Below are positions 9,107 to 18,121 of a stretch of DNA of 64,000 nt, in pieces. The translations under genes and the position numbers were made by a program. How positions within the stretch are numbered: the first letter of the stretch is position 1; each line of letters opens with the position of its first letter. The notes below the pieces were generated by a model that was not told the DNA's origin, ran no database searches, and was given only the letters and a program-made list of their open reading frames with translations. The DNA is from Bdellovibrionales bacterium (GTDB lineage Bacteria > Bdellovibrionota > Bdellovibrionia > Bdellovibrionales > UBA1609): assembly GCA_965219095.1 (NCBI GenBank), contig CBDCMT010000001.1, positions 1,024,001 through 1,088,000 on the forward strand. The letters run 5' to 3'.

Positions 9107-9469
9107 TCAGGTCAGCTTCGAGTGAAACTGTAAGGGTAAGGACCCCGCACTTGTGCGGGGGGCATCTATTTTTTCCTGAGAATCATAGAACTTCTTTCTT
9201 AACCTTTCAAAAATAGCTCTATCGTAACGAGATGTTCTTTCGAATAAACTTTTGTAGTACATAATTTCATTAAGGTCGTTATCAGAGTATTGAGCTTTAT
9301 GAAGAGCAAAGTTTTTAAAAAAGTCACTTAGTTTTTTTTCTATGTATCCATTATCAAGACTTTCTATACTTACAGACACTCTGAAAGTAGAGCCACCACC
9401 TGCATAAACACTTTCAAGGAAACTGAAAGTAAGTAAGATTGATAAAATAATAATACTACCTTTTTTCAT
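9107..9469 (-). CDS. Hypothetical exported protein
   Basis: Signal peptide MKKGSIIILSILLTFSFLESVYA; start overlaps the upstream stop. Confidence 0.55.
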   Translation of the reverse strand: MKKGSIIILSILLTFSFLESVYAGGGSTFRVSVSIESLDNGYIEKKLSDFFKNFALHKAQYSDNDLNEIMYYKSLFERTSRYDRAIFERLRKKFYDSQEKIDAPRTSAGSLPLQFHSKLT

Positions 9470-9990
9470 TTTGCCTCCTTTAAACTTTTCATAGATGAAA
9501 TTTGGATTGCATTAAGTGTTATATTGTATATGTTACCGCTAGTGATTGGTTTTGACAAAGAAAATAGCTTATCAATAAGTTTTATATATTCCTCTCTAAA
9601 TGTTTCCATAGTGGTATCATTTGTAGCAACGACTGTATTTTCTCCATGCTTAAGATTATCTGTATCTGTTTTCAATAAAGCGTCCTTACTTTTAAGAATA
9701 TGACAATTCACGCTTTTGTTTCTTGAGAAGTTTTCTCCTGTAAGAATAAAGTTTAGCTTCCTAGCTCGATAAAAATCTCCATCTTTTACAAGAAGCCCTA
9801 ATTCTCTTAACCCTTCTATAGCCTCATTTGCTTCTTTAAGATTGACTTGAAAAATCTCTGCTACAACTTGAGGTGAGGATTTGAGTGATTTCATAGTTAA
9901 ATAAGCGTGGAGTGCTGTCCATAGGGTTAAAGACAGCCATTTGTCGTACAGTGTTTCTAGTTGAGTTTGTTTTTCTTTATTTATATTCAT
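9466..9990 (-). CDS. DUF4423/TIGR02147-like winged-helix protein
   Basis: W..ALH..L....SSPQVVAEIFQVNLKEANEAIEGLRELGLL and C-terminal IYNITLNAI pattern. Confidence 0.6.
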   Translation of the reverse strand: MNINKEKQTQLETLYDKWLSLTLWTALHAYLTMKSLKSSPQVVAEIFQVNLKEANEAIEGLRELGLLVKDGDFYRARKLNFILTGENFSRNKSVNCHILKSKDALLKTDTDNLKHGENTVVATNDTTMETFREEYIKLIDKLFSLSKPITSGNIYNITLNAIQISSMKSLKEAK

Positions 9991-10003
9991 TTTTCTCCTT
10001 TCT

Positions 10004-10426
10004 TTAACATTCTAGATAGTGTTTAAGCCTGTAATAAGATTCTCCTAATTTATTTTTTGAGGCTTTTCTTTCTGTTGTTTTTAGCACTTCTTTTAAAAGA
10101 ACTCGCTTTTCAAGTTCATTAAAATGATTCATAAGGTTTGTAACATCTCGTCCTATACGAATGTCACCTTCTTTTTGGCTAGAGGAGAGTTTTTCATCTA
10201 ATAGAGACTTTAAATCAATTCCTAAAATCTCTAAAAGACAAAAAAGATGTCTTGATTTCAAACTAGTCCTGCCATTTAAAAATTTACTTAGAGATGTATT
10301 ACTAATGCCCATAATTTTAGAAGCCTGACTGATACTCATTCCTCTTTCTTTCAGCAAAGAAGCCATTTTCATAGGAACTGGCCCATTGATTGCTTTTATT
10401 CTTAACATACAGGATAAGGCTATCAT
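10004..10426 (-). CDS. XRE-family HTH transcriptional regulator
   Basis: LKERGMSISQASKIMGISNTSLSKFLNG; divergent from the tra operon; true start may be 10372. Confidence 0.8.
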   Translation of the reverse strand: MIALSCMLRIKAINGPVPMKMASLLKERGMSISQASKIMGISNTSLSKFLNGRTSLKSRHLFCLLEILGIDLKSLLDEKLSSSQKEGDIRIGRDVTNLMNHFNELEKRVLLKEVLKTTERKASKNKLGESYYRLKHYLEC

Positions 10427-10497
10427 GGAACTTTCTAAAAGAAAACCCCTCTAAAATAAATTTATTTAGTTGTAAAATTTACAAGTATGATTTCTCT

Positions 10498-10609
10498 AAC
10501 AAACATAAACTTTAGTTAAAAAACTATCTTCTTTTTTAACTAAAGTTTATGTTTGTTGTCTAAAGTTCCCATCTTCTAACTAAAGATCAAAAGCCATGGT
10601 CTTTAGTTA
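10498..10609. promoter_or_regulatory. Palindromic operator-like region between the XRE gene and the tra operon
   Basis: Perfect 26-bp IR (10498-10523 / 10532-10557) and a 13-bp IR with one mismatch (10577-10589 / 10597-10609); all four arms carry ctttagtta/taactaaag. Confidence 0.7.
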
Positions 10610-10708
10610 AAATTTTCATTTTTTTTCAAAAAAAACAAAAAAATCCTTTTTTTTCATTTAATTTAAATTCTAGGAAAGAAAAATACCTTTTCTAGAAAGG
10701 AGGAAAAA

Positions 10709-10849
10709 ATGAAAAATAAAATAAAAAATGGAAGAAAGAGAAAGATCTCAAACAGAAGACCAAGTCCTGAACTTCTTGAGTTTTTGTGTGAATACAATGA
10801 AGACTTGAAAAAGTATATGGAATTAAAAAAATACATAGTCTATCACTAG
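10709..10849 (+). CDS. Small hypothetical protein (46 aa), first gene of the tra operon
   Basis: Strong SD aaaggagg; MKNKIKNGRKRKISNRRPSPELLEFLCEYNEDLKKYMELKKYIVYH*; absent from the ORF track (its shortest ORFs are 60 aa). Confidence 0.55.
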   Translation: MKNKIKNGRKRKISNRRPSPELLEFLCEYNEDLKKYMELKKYIVYH

Positions 10850-10861
10850 AAGGGAGTAAAA

Positions 10862-11668
10862 ATGACTTTAAAAACTACGATTTATTTTTTAAGCCTTACT
10901 CTGATGTCTTGTGCTGGGGGTTTAAATTTCAAAAATTTTGAAAAAGAGTTTAAAGAAATAAAAGATATTTCTTTCTTAAATGATGAGATAAAGGCTAGAA
11001 ACATTTTTTTCAAAAAAGGTGTGTTCGTAACTTATGGACAAAATGTTTTTGTCGAAGCTGAAACAATTTATTTTGATGACACAGTGATTGAGACTTTTCC
11101 TGAAGGGAAGAGAGCAGGTATAGGCTTTAAGGGACGAGATGGAGGGGTGATTGAGTTCAAAGCAAAAAAAATTGTGGGAAAACTCCATGTAATTTTACGT
11201 GGGGAAAATGGTGGTCAAGGGCTTAAGGCTCGTAATTTAGAAGCTTATGAAGGAATGGGAAGAAAAGGTCGTGACGGAAAAGCTTCAAGATATAGTTGCT
11301 CTCGCATGAGAGGAGAAAGAGAGTGTCACTGTATATTGGTTCGTCATGGGGAAGATGGTGGTCGTGGAAAAAGAGGACTTCAGGGTGGCAGTGGTTTTAG
11401 GGGCGGTGATGCTGGTGTTTTTCTTATCCGTGCAAAAGAAATGAGTGAGTTTGAGCTAAGTTATAAAAGTGTAGCAGGAGGTGGTGGTAAAGGTGGTTTT
11501 GGTGGAAAAGGCGGCAGAGGGGGAAAGGGTGGAAAGTCTGATCATTCAAAATTTTGCCACGCTTATGAAGGAAAACACGGAAAACAAGGTTTAAGAGGCC
11601 TGACAGGAGAAAAAGGAGAGAAAGGACAAGAGGGTCTGTTTAAAATTAGGAAAAAGTTTTACCAGTAG
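10862..11668 (+). CDS. Collagen-like (Gly-X-Y) lipoprotein
   Basis: Lipobox LMSC; several Gly-X-Y tracts interleaved with Cys-containing loops. Confidence 0.75.
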   Translation: MTLKTTIYFLSLTLMSCAGGLNFKNFEKEFKEIKDISFLNDEIKARNIFFKKGVFVTYGQNVFVEAETIYFDDTVIETFPEGKRAGIGFKGRDGGVIEFKAKKIVGKLHVILRGENGGQGLKARNLEAYEGMGRKGRDGKASRYSCSRMRGERECHCILVRHGEDGGRGKRGLQGGSGFRGGDAGVFLIRAKEMSEFELSYKSVAGGGGKGGFGGKGGRGGKGGKSDHSKFCHAYEGKHGKQGLRGLTGEKGEKGQEGLFKIRKKFYQ

Positions 11669-12201
11669 GTGCTATCTATGAAGACACTCATTATCTTAGC
11701 CTCTTTTTTTCTTGTATCTTGCTCTCATTTTTCAAACTCTCAAACCAAAAGAGATGTTTTCAAAAAAGTAGCTTTAAGTATCGTGGTTGGCGGTATTTAC
11801 GGCTCTACTTTGAAAGAAAACAAAAAGAAGAATGTTCTGCTCTTTTCCAGTCTTTTAGGTTTAGGGGTAGGAGTTTATGGTCTTTATCATCTTGATGAAA
11901 GTAAGCAACTTAAAGTCTTAAAAAACAACTTTCAGAATTAAAAGAAACAAAGGGTCTTACTTTTTTAGGGAAAAATAAAGCTCTCCTGCAACAAGGAGAA
12001 GTTCCTTTTTATAAAAAAGGACTTCCTTCTCATTTAAAGCACCTTGTTGTACCCAGCGAATGGAGTCTTTATGAGTTGGAAGAGGAAATAGGTGGAAAAG
12101 AATGGATACAAGTTGAAGTTTTGAAAGTTTTAAAAGGAAATAGGCTTTTTGAGTTAAAGCCTTCAAAAATCAACCCTTATTTACGAAAGGAGATGAAATG
12201 A
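11669..12201 (+). pseudogene. Lipoprotein with glycine-zipper-like segment, split by a -1 frameshift at an A6 run (11920-11925)
   Basis: Lipobox LVSC. One extra A joins ...KVLK to KQLSELKETKG...RKEMK*, whose TGA overlaps the pilin ATG. Confidence 0.65.
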
Positions 12202-12464
12202 AAAAGCATATAATCTTTATGTTCATTTTAATGATTTGTTTTTGTCTTGAGGCACGAGATTTAGAAGCCAGTTTAAGAGACATCAGTGAGACTGTAAGAA
12301 GTATAGGGATCATTTTAGGTGTTCTTTCTTTTTTGGTTTCAGGAGTTTGTTTTTACTTTTCAAAAAGTACAGGCATAGAGAGGTTTCAATCAGCAGCTGT
12401 AGGAACGCTTATTTTTGCCACCTCATCGACTATTTTTTCTATTATTTTTAATTCATTTAACTAG
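12198..12464 (+). CDS. VirB2/TrbC-like conjugative pilin
   Basis: Signal peptide plus two hydrophobic helices, 88 aa, upstream of virB3/virB4. Confidence 0.7.
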   Translation: MKKHIIFMFILMICFCLEARDLEASLRDISETVRSIGIILGVLSFLVSGVCFYFSKSTGIERFQSAAVGTLIFATSSTIFSIIFNSFN

Positions 12465-12476
12465 AGGAAGGAAGTT

Positions 12477-12749
12477 ATGCACAGTTCAAAGATATTAAAT
12501 AAGCAGTCAAATTTTTTAGGTCTAAGTACTTCTGATTTTCTTTTTTTAAGTGGGTTTTACATGCTCTCTCAAGCTTTGCTTTTCCCTTTAGGTTTTGAGT
12601 TTTTTGGATTGATCCTTGTTATTCTACTTTTGTTTTTCCTGATTCCTATAAGGTTAAAGTACAGAAAGAAAATTATAAGAAATACTCTTTTTTATCTTTT
12701 TATAAAAATTTTTAAACGAGGATTTGTGAATGTTTATAAAAAAGTATGA
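12477..12749 (+). CDS. VirB3/TraL-like membrane protein
   Basis: 90 aa, two TM segments, FLGLS motif, overlaps the virB4 start. Confidence 0.6.
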   Translation: MHSSKILNKQSNFLGLSTSDFLFLSGFYMLSQALLFPLGFEFFGLILVILLLFFLIPIRLKYRKKIIRNTLFYLFIKIFKRGFVNVYKKV

Positions 12750-14826
12750 GAAACTAAAGGACTACACTTGGCTTTCTAGAGGATTTTTAGGGAAAACCTT
12801 TAAGCTGTGTTTAAAAGATTTTGAAAGCCTTGAGAACGAAAACCTTTACAATTCTATAGAGAATTTTTTAAAGAACTTAAGAGTAGAAGACTACGCTAGC
12901 TTTTCTTTGTTTTCCAGTGTTTCTTATGACTCTAGCTTTGATAACAAGAGGAGAAATGATTTAAAAAAGGTTGGTTTTGTGAAAAAAAGACTTTTTTTCA
13001 ACATCTTCTCTCAAAAGAAAACCCCTCTTTTTTGTAAAAAAAGTGAGATTTTTGAGCAAATGGAAAGCATCAATCAGTTTTCTGATAGCTTTCTAGAACT
13101 AAAGCCTATTTTCATTAAATCCTTTTTTAAAAAACTATTTAATGTTGAAAGGTTAAAACTTGAACCTTTTGGCTTTTCTAACAAAGACGAGGTTTTAGGG
13201 ATTTTAAAACTTCATACTCTTTCTAGCTCTCTTTTAGATTTAAAAAATCTAATTTTTTTAACAGAAAGACTCCCTCTTCCTTTTGAGTATCATATAAAGA
13301 TCAAAAAAATTGATAAGTTCAAACAAAGAGCAAGCCTTTCAAGACAAACTAAGCAGGAGGCTAGAGAGGTCAGTCAAGAGAGTTTTTTACGCTATCAGGC
13401 TACTCAGGAAGCCTTGTGTGATATGGAGCTTAGAGGAAATGATTTTTTTCAGTTTGAGGTGCACGTTGTGTTAAGAAGGGATTCCAAAAGAGTTTTGAGA
13501 AATGACCTTCTTCTTTCTCAAAAAGAACTTACTTTACTTGGTGATTTTCACATGGAAACTGTGGGAGCTTTTTCTTCCTTTTTATCTTTATTACCAGCCC
13601 ATAGTTTCCATGTTCCTTTAATATGTCAGGATAGAGAACTGGGGTGTTTTCTCCCTCTTTTCACAAGAGGAGTAGGAGGGTTTCAAGCCTCAAAATCCTC
13701 TCTTATTTATCACAGAGTTGATCAATCTTTAGATGAATTTAATCCTTTCCACAAGGATTATGATAACTACTGCGGAGTGGTTATTGGAAAATCAGGACGG
13801 GGGAAGTCTGTTTTTACTAATCTTCTTCTTGGCAGTCTTTCTTATGACCAAAGCCTTAAAGTCATTTTGGTTGATGTAAAAGGTTCTTATCAAAAGAGAA
13901 TTAAAGAGCTTGAAGGACAAACTTATAACATATCGGTGGACAAGTCTTGTGCTCTTGACCCTTTTAGACAGCTTACAAACAAAAAAGAAAGTATTGAAAT
14001 CATTTTATCTTTTTTGAAATCTTTAATTGCAGAAAAGCTCTCACCTCGAGAAGAATCAAACCTTGAAAGAAGCCTTATAGAGTACGCAAGCCAAGCTCAA
14101 ACCCCAAGCCTAGAAGAGTTTGTAAAAACATTAAAGAGTTTTCAAAAAATACACATTTTAGAGAGGTGGACTAAAGGCTCTTTAAAAGAAAATATTTTTT
14201 CAAACTCAGACTCCAATTTTGAATTAAAAAATCTAAATTATTTTAACTTTAGTGAAATTATGACAGCTCAAGATAGGGACACCTCTTTAGCTGTCATGTC
14301 GGCTGTGATGAGTGAGTTCTCTCACCAGCTCTTAGAAAAAGAAGATCATGACAAACTCATTTTTATTGTGGATGAAACACCTTTTTTCATTCAGCACTCT
14401 TTTGAGACCTTTAAACTTTTGAGTAAAAACGTAAGAAAGCTTAACGCTTCTCTTCTTCTTATAGCTCAAGTTTCAAGTGATTTGATTTTAGGGGGTGACA
14501 GGTCTCTTATTGACAATAGTGAATTTAAAGTTCTTTTTTCCCTTGATGACCAAGAAAAGGTCTTTCAGCAAAGATTTTCTCTTAGAGAAGAGGAAATGGA
14601 GGTTTTAAAACAATTAAGGACAAAAAAAGGTGAATACTCTCAGTTTTTATTGAAAGACTCACTTTGTTCTAAAGTGGGGTTTTTACGATTAAGTGACAAA
14701 GAGTACATACAAGTCACAACAAACCCTAAAGAGTTTCAAAAACTAAACACTCTTAAAAAAATGTACCCTTTTTATAGTGATGAAACATTATCCCAAGCCT
14801 TTAGATTTTTAGAGAGGTTATCATGA
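12730..14826 (+). CDS. VirB4/TraC-family conjugative ATPase
   Basis: Walker A GKSGRGKS, ILVDVKGSY, Walker B IVDE, RKLNA, KKGEYSQFL. Confidence 0.88.
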   Translation: MFIKKYEKLKDYTWLSRGFLGKTFKLCLKDFESLENENLYNSIENFLKNLRVEDYASFSLFSSVSYDSSFDNKRRNDLKKVGFVKKRLFFNIFSQKKTPLFCKKSEIFEQMESINQFSDSFLELKPIFIKSFFKKLFNVERLKLEPFGFSNKDEVLGILKLHTLSSSLLDLKNLIFLTERLPLPFEYHIKIKKIDKFKQRASLSRQTKQEAREVSQESFLRYQATQEALCDMELRGNDFFQFEVHVVLRRDSKRVLRNDLLLSQKELTLLGDFHMETVGAFSSFLSLLPAHSFHVPLICQDRELGCFLPLFTRGVGGFQASKSSLIYHRVDQSLDEFNPFHKDYDNYCGVVIGKSGRGKSVFTNLLLGSLSYDQSLKVILVDVKGSYQKRIKELEGQTYNISVDKSCALDPFRQLTNKKESIEIILSFLKSLIAEKLSPREESNLERSLIEYASQAQTPSLEEFVKTLKSFQKIHILERWTKGSLKENIFSNSDSNFELKNLNYFNFSEIMTAQDRDTSLAVMSAVMSEFSHQLLEKEDHDKLIFIVDETPFFIQHSFETFKLLSKNVRKLNASLLLIAQVSSDLILGGDRSLIDNSEFKVLFSLDDQEKVFQQRFSLREEEMEVLKQLRTKKGEYSQFLLKDSLCSKVGFLRLSDKEYIQVTTNPKEFQKLNTLKKMYPFYSDETLSQAFRFLERLS

Positions 14827-15434
14827 CAAAATTTTTCACCCCCTTAATTTTATTATTTTGTCATGATGCCTCTTGTTTTATCGATGCTTTTTTTAAGCCT
14901 GTAGAAAAGGTAGCTGACAAGGCTTTAATTTTAGATTCTCTTTCTGATCTGTTAAACGAGTTAAAGGGTAACAAAGACCTTGAGAAAGAACTCAAGCTTT
15001 TAAGCCAAGACATTTCTGATTTTGAACATGAAGCAAGAAGCTACAAGTACCTTTCAAAAGACCTTAGAAATATCTTAAACCCTTCTTTCAACTCTCTTCA
15101 AAGCCTTCACCAGAAGATCAGATATTCTACAAACTATATGAGAAGAGTAAAAAATTTCAAGAAAAGACTTCTTAACAAGTTCGGATCTTCGTCTTCTGCA
15201 GTAACAGCTAGTGAACAGATGAATACCAACTCTCTTTTGAACGAAACTTTAAGAAATCAGCACCTTTCAGAGATAAGAAGAGAGAGAAAAAGAATCGCTA
15301 AACAAAGACAAAAATTAAAGTCTTTGAGAGATGAAAAACAGTTTTTAAAAAAGCAATTTCACGAGATCAATAGACATTCTAAACATTATGGTTTTGGAGC
15401 CTTCTTTCCTTTTAAGAACAGGAGTGAGAAATGA
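14823..15434 (+). CDS. Exported coiled-coil T4SS-associated protein (VirB5/TrbJ position)
   Basis: Signal peptide, helical, located between virB4 and virB6-like genes. Confidence 0.5.
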   Translation: MTKFFTPLILLFCHDASCFIDAFFKPVEKVADKALILDSLSDLLNELKGNKDLEKELKLLSQDISDFEHEARSYKYLSKDLRNILNPSFNSLQSLHQKIRYSTNYMRRVKNFKKRLLNKFGSSSSAVTASEQMNTNSLLNETLRNQHLSEIRRERKRIAKQRQKLKSLRDEKQFLKKQFHEINRHSKHYGFGAFFPFKNRSEK

Positions 15435-16543
15435 CAGATTTCCCTTTTCATTATGATATTTTCTTAAAAATGCTTGATGTTTTTAAGTCTTTTAGAGGTG
15501 AGCTTATAAAGTTCTTCCCTCTAGTTTTTCTTTTCAGAGTTATTTTTAGTTTTATAACTTTTAAAAATACTAATGATTTTATGACTCTTTTGAAAGACAC
15601 TTTTATTTTATGGGGTTTATTTTACTTTTTTTACGATTTTGTCATTTTTTCAGTTCAGATTCCTTCTTTTTTAAGCTCTACGTTTCAAACAGATGAAATC
15701 TTTGAAGTCATTTTAGAAGATAACAGTTGGTTTACCTTTTTTACAGCAAGGTTAGGCAGTTGGTTTGCTGTTTTATCTTATTGGATCAGTTTTGGGCTTT
15801 ATATTTTTATGATCTCTCTTTTTATTCTCTTTAGCCCCTTTGTGTTTTTTATGAGTTCAAGTCTTTCTTCTTATGGAGCGTTCAAAGTTTTCTTAAGCTC
15901 ATTTATTTTCATTCTTCTTTGGCCTATTTTTTGGTATGGGATCAACTTTACTTTAGTTGAAATTCTCTTAGGAGAAAATGCTTTTGTAAATCATGTTATT
16001 TTGATCTTAGGAAATTTCTTAAAGGTTATTTTTCCTTTATTTTTTATAGGTTTTATAGCCAAGTTTTCATTAGTCAGTAAGCTAGGCTCTGTTGCAAAAG
16101 GAGTTGGTCTTGTAGGAGCTTCAAAGTTTGCAAACAATAAAACTGTGCAAACTATAAAAGCTGTAGGAGGTGATCATTACCTCACCCAAGCCTCTAAAAC
16201 TTTTCATCAAGCTAAGAAGAATCTTTATAAAAAACTAGGAGGTAATCCTTTCCATATGAAAAATGACATCACTCATACCTATAACCACAATAAAAAAGAC
16301 TCTATAGCAACTCATTCTCACTTCTTACAAAAACAAAGCTCTTCTTCTCACGACAAAAAAACTCACCTTAAACACAAAAGCAAAACTCAAGATTTCTATG
16401 AAAAAAACCTCGTCCTTAGAGATAGACCAATGATAAACTCTCAAGACATAGGTTCAAAGAATTTTGAACCTCAAAATTCACAAAAAAAATCACTAAACGA
16501 AAGGAGACAAAATGAGAACATTTCTAAAACTCATCAAAGATGA
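15431..16543 (+). CDS. VirB6/TrbL-like polytopic membrane protein
   Basis: 5-6 TM segments plus a low-complexity hydrophilic tail. Confidence 0.6.
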   Translation: MTDFPFHYDIFLKMLDVFKSFRGELIKFFPLVFLFRVIFSFITFKNTNDFMTLLKDTFILWGLFYFFYDFVIFSVQIPSFLSSTFQTDEIFEVILEDNSWFTFFTARLGSWFAVLSYWISFGLYIFMISLFILFSPFVFFMSSSLSSYGAFKVFLSSFIFILLWPIFWYGINFTLVEILLGENAFVNHVILILGNFLKVIFPLFFIGFIAKFSLVSKLGSVAKGVGLVGASKFANNKTVQTIKAVGGDHYLTQASKTFHQAKKNLYKKLGGNPFHMKNDITHTYNHNKKDSIATHSHFLQKQSSSSHDKKTHLKHKSKTQDFYEKNLVLRDRPMINSQDIGSKNFEPQNSQKKSLNERRQNENISKTHQR

Positions 16544-17051
16544 ATTTGTGTTTTATACATTGATTCTTTCTCTGTTCTTATGGGGCTTTTCTTCAAGCCT
16601 TTACTTAATTTTTAAAGAAGATAGGAGTTTTGTTATAGAAAAAGACTCTCAAGGGTTTTTAAAGATTCTAGGAACTAAAGACCTTTCTTCTAGAAGAGAG
16701 GTGTTTTTAAGGTTGTTTGTCATACTAAGTTTTAACTACGATACAAGTTCTTTTAAAAAGAACCTGTCTATGGCAGGAGAGCTTATGAGTGATGAGTTTT
16801 GGAGAAAAAAGAGAGCTTATTTTCTTAAAGTCTTTGAAGAGGTGAGGATGAAAAAAATCTCTCAATTTGCAGAGATTTCAAAACTCATAGAAACTTCAAA
16901 CAATACTTATAAAGCTCATTTGAACATCATTATCTTTCAAGGCAAACAAAAGACTGAAAAAAAGGGAAAACTTCTCATCAAGCTGCAAAGTGCAGAAATG
17001 AGAGCTCAAAATTTATATGGATTCGAGGTGTATGATGTTCAAATTTTATAG
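16512..17051 (+). CDS. TraE/VirB8-like protein
   Basis: Single N-terminal TM, NTF2-like pattern, C-terminal R..NLYGFEV motif. Confidence 0.65.
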   Translation: MRTFLKLIKDEFVFYTLILSLFLWGFSSSLYLIFKEDRSFVIEKDSQGFLKILGTKDLSSRREVFLRLFVILSFNYDTSSFKKNLSMAGELMSDEFWRKKRAYFLKVFEEVRMKKISQFAEISKLIETSNNTYKAHLNIIIFQGKQKTEKKGKLLIKLQSAEMRAQNLYGFEVYDVQIL

Positions 17052-18121
17052 TATATTGGTGCTTCTGTTTTTGTAACTGCTCACTCTCGTAAGTTTTTAT
17101 TTAAAGCCATAGAGATGGCTTCTAAAGAAGAATACCCTCTATTTCTCATTGTTTTAACATAGCTGGTAATACGACAAAAATATTTCGCCATTTCTTCTGT
17201 TCTGAAACACCCTGACACTTTCTTTTTCACTTTAGTCATTCTTAGATCTCTTTCAGCTCTGTTATTAGTAGGATCTACGTTCTTTCTTTTAGCAAAGCAC
17301 AGTATTTCTGCTTCATACTTTTTAAATCGCACCAAAGGTTTTGAGCTTGTGTATGCTTTATTCGTCCTTTCTTGCCATTTTTCTTAGGAAATTCTGGAAG
17401 CTCTTTTAAGCCTTTTGTAAGAATACTCCTATACCTTCTCTGAAGAGTTTCGTACTCTTTTTGAGTCAGAACTCTTGACTCTTTTTTATGAACTAACTCC
17501 ACAGTCTCTTTAAGAAGTTTTTTGAGATTTGTAGCCCATTTGAATCCATTGCTTTCTTCTATAAATTTAAGCTCTCTCAAAAGGTGAGCCACACACAAAG
17601 CATGAGTTATCTTATCATAACAAAAGTAAGGACTCCAACAATCATGCACAAGCACTCCTCCATATCTATCCAAGAGACCAATATCTTTTATGGCTTCCCT
17701 TCCACCTGAAAGGTGGAGAAACTGCAAGACTAATTCTCCTGAACTATAAGTATGAATCCAGTAGTTTTTACCCTTAACCCTCATAGAGGTCTCATCAACA
17801 TGAATGACCTCTGATTCAAGTATCTTTTCTTTCATCTGCTCTTCCCAACTTTTAAGAAACTCTCCTAATTCAGCAATGTATCTCAACATAACTGCAGGAG
17901 AAATCATTCGACCTATAAGCCCCATGTAATGTTCCCCAACACGCTCTAAAAGACAGCATCTGAACTATAATGAAATTGATGATGGAAGCTCTAATGCCTA
18001 TACCATACTGAAGAGGACCACTCATACCTTTAGGGAATTGACCTTTATTTCTAGCTCCACATGAGGGACAATCCTTAACTTCAGAAGTTACAGTATGGGT
18101 CTGAATTTCATAAAAAATATC

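Noticed and set aside
9141..9163. Hairpin resembling a type I-E CRISPR repeat
   Set aside because: Single copy, no spacers, no cas genes in the window.
11957..12166. Minus-strand 69-aa ORF
   Set aside because: Shadow of the plus-strand frameshifted lipoprotein tail.
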